Position numbers and translations under genes: made by a program. The notes under the pieces were generated by a model that saw only the letters and a program-made list of their open reading frames with translations, made no database searches and was not told the DNA's origin. Shown here one piece after another: positions 58,140 to 64,000 of a stretch of 64,000 bases of DNA; within the stretch, counting starts at the first letter, position 1, and the number at the start of each line of letters is the position of its first letter. The DNA is from Candidatus Poseidoniaceae archaeon (lineage in GTDB: Archaea > Thermoplasmatota > Poseidoniia > Poseidoniales > Poseidoniaceae), in NCBI GenBank assembly GCA_965662895.1, contig CBFIJH010000004.1, positions 1 through 64,000 of the forward strand. The letters run 5' to 3'.

Positions 58140-59345
58140 TCAACAATCCGTGTTCCCAGTGAGTTGATTTTTCCAATCTTTTGCATTGAGTTGGCCGTAT
58201 CCAGCGATTGGATCATGGCCCGAATCCGAGCGCATTGAATCAGCGAGTGCACGCTTGACGAGTTCAATACAGGATGTTGTCGATGTTTCATCTGGTTTTA
58301 GCTCGGGATGTGCTTCGAGAATCAAGGCCAACGCACCGGTAACAAAGACCGTCGCATCGGATGTACCACTGGAAGTGTACCATTGATTGTCCATCCCCGT
58401 TGAAAGAATATTAACTCCAGGGGCTGTAAGTTCTGGCTTCTGGTGAGGATATTCTCTCGTATTCCCGTCCGAATCAACCAACTCACCTTGCGAGGATTTT
58501 TTCCAAGTGTTCCCATCAATGTCCGATGCACCCACAGTAATCGCCAAGTTGACGTTTCCTGGTGCACTTACATAGCCATCATCGCCATTGCCACCATCGT
58601 TACCTGCCGCTACCACAACATAGATGCCCGCATCGATTGCTTGACGTGTGGCTGAAGCTGCAGGGCCTTCTCGTGATGCGGACTGATCTTGTTCACCACC
58701 CAATGAGAGCGATATGATATCGGCCTTGAAATCAAAAATACACCACCGAATCGCATCCGCTACCCTTGATTCCGAACCCGTGTTGTTCTGGCCATCAGCG
58801 CTCAAGGCAGCAGCCATTCCAAGCGTCACGTTTGGCGCAACACCCTGCTGCAAGCCTGTAGAGAGAAGAATTCCTGCCATGAGCGTTCCATGCGCAATCG
58901 AACCATAATCCGTAGGTTCGATGGAATTTCCAACGAAGTCTTCGAACACGATCGTGGCATCTTTCAGCGAAGTGTGACTTAACGATACACCGGTATCAAC
59001 CATGCAGACTTTCACTCCATCTCCCGTCAAGCCTTCATCTTGCAATGTTCGGATATCTGTATCTTCAAATGCCCACTCAGAAGTTGGCGGTGGTAACTGC
59101 AAAAGCAAGAGATTGGATTGCCACAACAACACAATTCCTCCAAGGAAAATTGCCAAAATGAATCCAGAAGCGAGCGAAGAAAATCTTCTGCTTCGATACG
59201 GTATGGTATTAGGGACGACTGGAGCCCAACCCGTCACTTCTGCTCTCCATTGGCTTTCATGCTCACCAGTTGAAGGGTCAACTGCAGAGAGTATTTTTGG
59301 CTCACCTGGCTCAGGAAGCAACTCGACTCCACGCAATTCCTCCAT
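58140..59345 (-). CDS. Membrane-anchored S8 subtilisin-like protease
   Basis: N-terminal TM helix, VDTG, HGTLMAG, AAGNDG, KPELTAPG, SGTSDAT and GYGQL. Confidence 0.9.
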   Translation of the reverse strand: MEELRGVELLPEPGEPKILSAVDPSTGEHESQWRAEVTGWAPVVPNTIPYRSRRFSSLASGFILAIFLGGIVLLWQSNLLLLQLPPPTSEWAFEDTDIRTLQDEGLTGDGVKVCMVDTGVSLSHTSLKDATIVFEDFVGNSIEPTDYGSIAHGTLMAGILLSTGLQQGVAPNVTLGMAAALSADGQNNTGSESRVADAIRWCIFDFKADIISLSLGGEQDQSASREGPAASATRQAIDAGIYVVVAAGNDGGNGDDGYVSAPGNVNLAITVGASDIDGNTWKKSSQGELVDSDGNTREYPHQKPELTAPGVNILSTGMDNQWYTSSGTSDATVFVTGALALILEAHPELKPDETSTTSCIELVKRALADSMRSDSGHDPIAGYGQLNAKDWKNQLTGNTDC

Positions 59346-59400
59346 AGCCTTCCCACTCCCATGGGCAAGTTCGGCGTATCAACTCTTGTCTGATTTCTCA

Positions 59401-62400
59401 TCAGAAACGGCTGCCTGAACTGCGGGCTCTCGAAGACGCCTTGAATCCGAAATAGAGGATAATGAAGATCAACGCAATAATCGTCACGATCACAATCGGG
59501 TTGGAGGAATCTTCAGATCCTTGCACCAAGTATTCGATACTGAAATCATCACCAACGGTCGTCGTCGAGAAATTCACTTCATCGTCTGACACAACAGCTC
59601 GTACATCGTAGCGCGTGATTCCTTGACTGGACTTCGGTAGAACGAACTCAAAGTCGGTCGAACCTTCAGCAGGTACACTCAACGTCATGTTCCTTTCAGT
59701 GAGACCATCTGAACTTACGAAGACTGTAACTGCTTGGGCTTGTCGAAGACCATCGTTTTCAATGACAATGACAAGGATGTTCGGATCAACATCAGCGAAG
59801 TTATTGCTGCGTGATTTCGAGAGGTCTTGGTTCCAGTTGAGTGCAATACGTGCGGATTCAACGACAATCTCTGCTTTGTCTTCTGTTGTACCATCTTCGC
59901 TCGTAACTCGTACTTCAATCGTGATGGAACTATCTGTGAAGTCTGCTGGAGCCGTTACGGTGAAAGCAAGGTCACGCAAGTTGTCCTTAGCGATTGTTGT
60001 GACACCGTTCATTGGGCTTACCGTCCATCCGTCAGGAATGTTGTCCAATACTTCGTAGGTGAAGGAGTCGTCTCCGTTTCCATTGTTGTTAATGGTGAGT
60101 GATGCGGTCGTTGTTCCCCCTGGTGTGACACCAATTGTTGAGGAAACATCTGTCATGTTGAACGCATACGTTTGAGGAACTTCGACGTTAACAGAAACTT
60201 CCGTCATATCACCGCTGTCTGCTGAGAAACGGATGTTCACATCGTGTCCGTCTTCGAGCCACCAAGCTGCTTCAACTGTGGGCAGAACAATTCGTGCACG
60301 AATCGTTGCCTCCAAAGTGGCATTCTCCGTAACATCCCCAATACCGAGGAGAACGTCAGTACTGCTAATCCAGTCCGTACCGTTGTAGAATTCAACAGCC
60401 CAATCACCTTGGTCCGGTGAAACAGATACGGTTCCAGTAACATCAAATGGATCCGAAATCTCAGTACCCTCATACTGTGCGAGGACATCAAACTCGATGG
60501 CGGTGTAGTTCGCTGCGTCATCAGGGTCGACAATTGCGAGCAGATCTCGGTTTTCATCACCCAAGACCGTTGCACCCTCAACACCACCAACGGTGAGAGT
60601 AAGGTCACTGTTCGCCTTTCGGTTGTAGGAAAGCATGAGTGCAGTTCGACCCTCGCCGGCGTTCTCAATCGTAACTCCAGCGGTGTAGTTCATGACAAGG
60701 TCTCGTTGGACCGTAGAGAACTCAGAGTTGAAGGAAACTGAGTTGGCTGGTAGGAGAACCTCAAGGGTTCCGTTCGATAGCAGAGGTATTTCCCATGTCT
60801 TTCCGTCACCAAGGTCCACTTCGACCTCGACAACATCACTGACTGGAGAAGACTCGTTGTCTGTACCAGCATTGAATGTTTGCAGACCGAAGGATGTAAA
60901 TTCAGTGGAAAGGTCAACCCATCCACCCTTGCTCATCACCAATTCGATGCTTCCACCGTTTTGTACTTCTGCATCAAGTAGGCCGACTGCAACGCCTCCA
61001 CCATTGAATGGAGCCTCATCTTCGTAGACGACAACAACCCACTGACCTGGTTCAACAACTGCGCTGAACGAGAGGACTTCGGATTCGAGTGTACCCACGA
61101 CATCAACAGAAGCTTGTTGGTTCTCAGAAGTACCATACAATGTGATGGAAGCGCCATCAAGTCGTGATGCATCAAGAACATCGGTGATGGTTCCAGTTAC
61201 AGTAACTTCTGCTGCCGACATTTCGATGTCCTGTGAGACAGGCTCGTTTTCGACAACATAAGTTCCAGTGTCGTTGTCGTCGTAGGAGACGGATCCAAAT
61301 CCGTCTTTCGAAACAGTGATGGCGTAATTCTCCAAGATTGGCACGTACATTCGCCAAACTCCAGCAGGGTCTGTCGAGACCGTTGTGTCAACAGTTCCGC
61401 CTTGAATGACAACATTGGCACCTTCAACACCTTCGTCGATGTCAGGAACGTCATCCTCATCCGTATCCCAGTAGACCTTACCACCAATTTCGACTTCGAG
61501 GGCAGCATAGACATCTCCGAGAGAAGTGTTGGAATCCATCAGAACAGGCGACTCAAATGTATCGATGTTCCAATATCGCTGAGCTCCTGATTCGTTCATG
61601 TAGAGGCTCCAGGTTCCCGGCATGACAAGTTGGGACGAATTTCCTTCAGAATCGGAAGGATTCATGGTGATGTTGCCAAACCCATCATGGCTCACGAGGA
61701 CGACTTTCTTGTCTGCAAGCGTGTTCTCAGTGCCGGTTTCCTTGAGCGTTAAGGTTACTTCAACCGCTTCAACAAGTGCGAGGGATAAATCCGTTCGCAC
61801 GCTCGAGTCAGCTCCGATTGTGATCGGCATTCGCAAGGATTCCGTCACACCCTCTTCGTTTTCGAGTGGCGATACGACGACGATGTAGTCTCCGCTTTGC
61901 ACGTACGTAGCAAACGAGCCGTTATCATCAACCGCAATTGGCACATAATCGGTTCCATCTGGTGTGGAAAGCAAGAAGTTGTCACTCATCGCTGATCCAT
62001 TGGCCCACGTAATGGTACCGTTCATTCGCCATTCGTCGACGATTGGAACGAGTACTGCTTCATCTGGCCCATTCAAACCGATTTCGATTGGGTTCAGCAG
62101 GCCGTTGATTTCGAGGCTTGAATCCGTAGCGTTTTCATCAGAGGCATCGACATAATTGGTCGAGATTGAATAGACACCAGGACTGAGTACAACTTCAACA
62201 ATTCCATCTTCCAAATAGTCATCAGAGGTTACATTCACTTGTTTACCAACCGATGTGATTGGAACCAATTGGAGATCAGGTCGAACGGCTGTTCCGTTTT
62301 CAAAGACACCATCACCCAAATCAGTGAAGACATTGAGAACGACCGTGGTGTTGCTTGGGTTCGCAACAAGTACAAGCTCGTCCATGCTTTCTGAATTATT

Positions 62401-63999
62401 GACGTCGACAATGTAATCGGTAACAGGTTCAGCGTTGTATTCTGGTGCGGGAATTGCAAAGGACCATGTCCCATTCATGAGTTGGAAGTTGAAAATTCCA
62501 CCAGCATCCGTTGCACTGGTCCAAACAATGCCGTCCTCATTCGTAGCATGAACCTCTACAGGTTCGTAACCAGGTATGTTCTGGTTCCAGTCACTTTCAT
62601 TGTCAAACAAGAATATCGATCCTGTCACATCGTTCGTTGATTCAACTCGAATAACTCCAAGTTCATCCATCCCCTCGGTAACGGCAATCGAAGCACCAGC
62701 AGCATACCCGATGGTGCTTATCGCGTTCATGTTGAACGTCATGCCTGCAGGAAGTCGTTGTTGGAAAGCGCCTGAGATGTCCGTTACGGAGTTGAACTCA
62801 AGACCGTTTCCATGGAACCGGATTTGGACATTGCTCGCATTTGCATATGGCCTCTCACTCTCAGGAAGTTGGGACCACTCTTCCGGACTGAATCCTTGGA
62901 AACTCGGGGCTTCAATGGTACCATTTACCCACACTGAGATGGCATATGTGAAGTCAAGGAGCATGTCACTATCCTCAACAAGTATGTCCTCGACAAGGAT
63001 GTAATCCTCATCACTGTCGTCGCTCATTGTCCACTCCCCAGATGGAAGTTCGACAACGATCGTACCAGTCTCGTCAGAGACAACATCGATTGTTTCGAGA
63101 CCGAGTGAATCCGTGAAGGTGATGTTTCGCTCTGCAACATCAAAGCCATCTGGACCATCCAATGCAATTGTGAGGTCATACATGTCCGGTACAGGGCCAT
63201 CAAAAGTGAAGTTCATTGGATCGTCAAACACTTGGATGGTTTGATTGACCTCGTAGAAACCATCGCCATCCATGTCAACACGGACATAGTAGTCTCCGGA
63301 TGTGATTGGGCCGTAGGTTACGTTACCAACCTCATCGGTGTTGAAGGTCACAACTGAATCTTCGCCGAGTTCTACATCCATCAATTGAATCTCTTGGTCT
63401 GCGATTGGCTCATCAGTAATCGATTTCAACGTTCCTTCAAACACAGAAGCTGGCAAGGTCATTTCTAGGTCATAACTTGGTTCGATACCAACCTCGACTG
63501 GGTCAGGCAGCAAGATCTCTCTGCCATTTGGCATTTGAGCAATCATGTTGTAAACGCCTGGAACGAGCCCTGTCTGATAGAATGAACCGGGGTCGACAAT
63601 GTCACCACTGAAACTACCAGGTCCAACGAAGAGACCTGTTCCGTTCAGCGTTCCAATTCCTTCAAAGATACCGGTTCCTTCAAACGTTTCGCCATCAAGT
63701 TCCTTTGTCAAGGTACTGATTCCATCGGATGTTAAACGGCCACTTGCAAGGACCTCGCCATCGAGCAGATATGTAGAGTAATCGGCTCCTGCTGAAATCA
63801 AACAGAGTGTAGCATTCTCTGGCATTGTGGAATTTTCTGCACAATCGAGAGAGGCATTGTCATGTTCAATCCAAGTGGCTTCGATGGTACCTTTACCAAC
63901 CCAAGTTCCGTTACCGGAAAAGACTCGATTATCAGAAATCTCTCGAGTAAAGTTGCCTGTAAAGTCGTAGGCTAGTGCTACACCTTCGCTGGTGAACGT
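59401..63999 (-). CDS. C-terminal part of a giant membrane-anchored protein with carboxypeptidase-regulatory-like/Ig repeats (5' end outside window)
   Basis: The frame stays open to the window edge (TFTSEGVALAY...). Repeated TDxxGxF...LPxGxW/Y units, an NxGN domain, and a terminal TM helix with a basic tail. Confidence 0.8.
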   Translation of the reverse strand, partial: TFTSEGVALAYDFTGNFTREISDNRVFSGNGTWVGKGTIEATWIEHDNASLDCAENSTMPENATLCLISAGADYSTYLLDGEVLASGRLTSDGISTLTKELDGETFEGTGIFEGIGTLNGTGLFVGPGSFSGDIVDPGSFYQTGLVPGVYNMIAQMPNGREILLPDPVEVGIEPSYDLEMTLPASVFEGTLKSITDEPIADQEIQLMDVELGEDSVVTFNTDEVGNVTYGPITSGDYYVRVDMDGDGFYEVNQTIQVFDDPMNFTFDGPVPDMYDLTIALDGPDGFDVAERNITFTDSLGLETIDVVSDETGTIVVELPSGEWTMSDDSDEDYILVEDILVEDSDMLLDFTYAISVWVNGTIEAPSFQGFSPEEWSQLPESERPYANASNVQIRFHGNGLEFNSVTDISGAFQQRLPAGMTFNMNAISTIGYAAGASIAVTEGMDELGVIRVESTNDVTGSIFLFDNESDWNQNIPGYEPVEVHATNEDGIVWTSATDAGGIFNFQLMNGTWSFAIPAPEYNAEPVTDYIVDVNNSESMDELVLVANPSNTTVVLNVFTDLGDGVFENGTAVRPDLQLVPITSVGKQVNVTSDDYLEDGIVEVVLSPGVYSISTNYVDASDENATDSSLEINGLLNPIEIGLNGPDEAVLVPIVDEWRMNGTITWANGSAMSDNFLLSTPDGTDYVPIAVDDNGSFATYVQSGDYIVVVSPLENEEGVTESLRMPITIGADSSVRTDLSLALVEAVEVTLTLKETGTENTLADKKVVLVSHDGFGNITMNPSDSEGNSSQLVMPGTWSLYMNESGAQRYWNIDTFESPVLMDSNTSLGDVYAALEVEIGGKVYWDTDEDDVPDIDEGVEGANVVIQGGTVDTTVSTDPAGVWRMYVPILENYAITVSKDGFGSVSYDDNDTGTYVVENEPVSQDIEMSAAEVTVTGTITDVLDASRLDGASITLYGTSENQQASVDVVGTLESEVLSFSAVVEPGQWVVVVYEDEAPFNGGGVAVGLLDAEVQNGGSIELVMSKGGWVDLSTEFTSFGLQTFNAGTDNESSPVSDVVEVEVDLGDGKTWEIPLLSNGTLEVLLPANSVSFNSEFSTVQRDLVMNYTAGVTIENAGEGRTALMLSYNRKANSDLTLTVGGVEGATVLGDENRDLLAIVDPDDAANYTAIEFDVLAQYEGTEISDPFDVTGTVSVSPDQGDWAVEFYNGTDWISSTDVLLGIGDVTENATLEATIRARIVLPTVEAAWWLEDGHDVNIRFSADSGDMTEVSVNVEVPQTYAFNMTDVSSTIGVTPGGTTTASLTINNNGNGDDSFTYEVLDNIPDGWTVSPMNGVTTIAKDNLRDLAFTVTAPADFTDSSITIEVRVTSEDGTTEDKAEIVVESARIALNWNQDLSKSRSNNFADVDPNILVIVIENDGLRQAQAVTVFVSSDGLTERNMTLSVPAEGSTDFEFVLPKSSQGITRYDVRAVVSDDEVNFSTTTVGDDFSIEYLVQGSEDSSNPIVIVTIIALIFIILYFGFKASSRARSSGSRF

Positions 64000-64000
64000 A

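Noticed and set aside
58040-58140. AT-rich tract as replication origin (DUE)
   Set aside because: No ORB-like G-string repeats and no cdc6/orc1 gene nearby. It is only ~100 bp and sits directly upstream of a TATA box, so a promoter role is more likely.

Overview
Gene-dense archaeal chromosomal segment, most consistent with Marine Group II Euryarchaeota (Ca. Poseidoniales, Thermoplasmatota). This is inferred from archaeal-type GAPDH, PheT, GluRS, Rpp21, uS15 and ArcS, GGTGA/GGAGG Shine-Dalgarno sites, and many giant acidic secreted proteins. Housekeeping genes (probable 5' end of the SRP RNA, yhbY, rnp4, adk, gap, pheT, rnhB, gltX, rps15, arcS, dnaJ) are interspersed with a large set of cell-surface genes: two S8 proteases, a lipoprotein metalloprotease, 1.4-1.9 kaa Ca-binding/Ig/beta-helix proteins and three class III signal-peptide pilin-like genes. 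The best leads are: (i) a conserved Trp-rich cytoplasmic C-terminal motif (PLPPxGLPxGWTxEQWNHxG) shared by two unrelated giant membrane-anchored proteins, a candidate sorting/docking tag; (ii) a wHTH-STAND-TPR regulator directly behind a beta-helix surface protein whose promoter carries a ~20-bp-periodic AT-rich repeat array; (iii) a giant-adhesin/protease/pilin neighbourhood; and (iv) a pyroglutamyl peptidase-Nudix fusion. No tRNA, rRNA, CRISPR array or mobile element was recognised. All calls come from motif reading only; no database searches were run.
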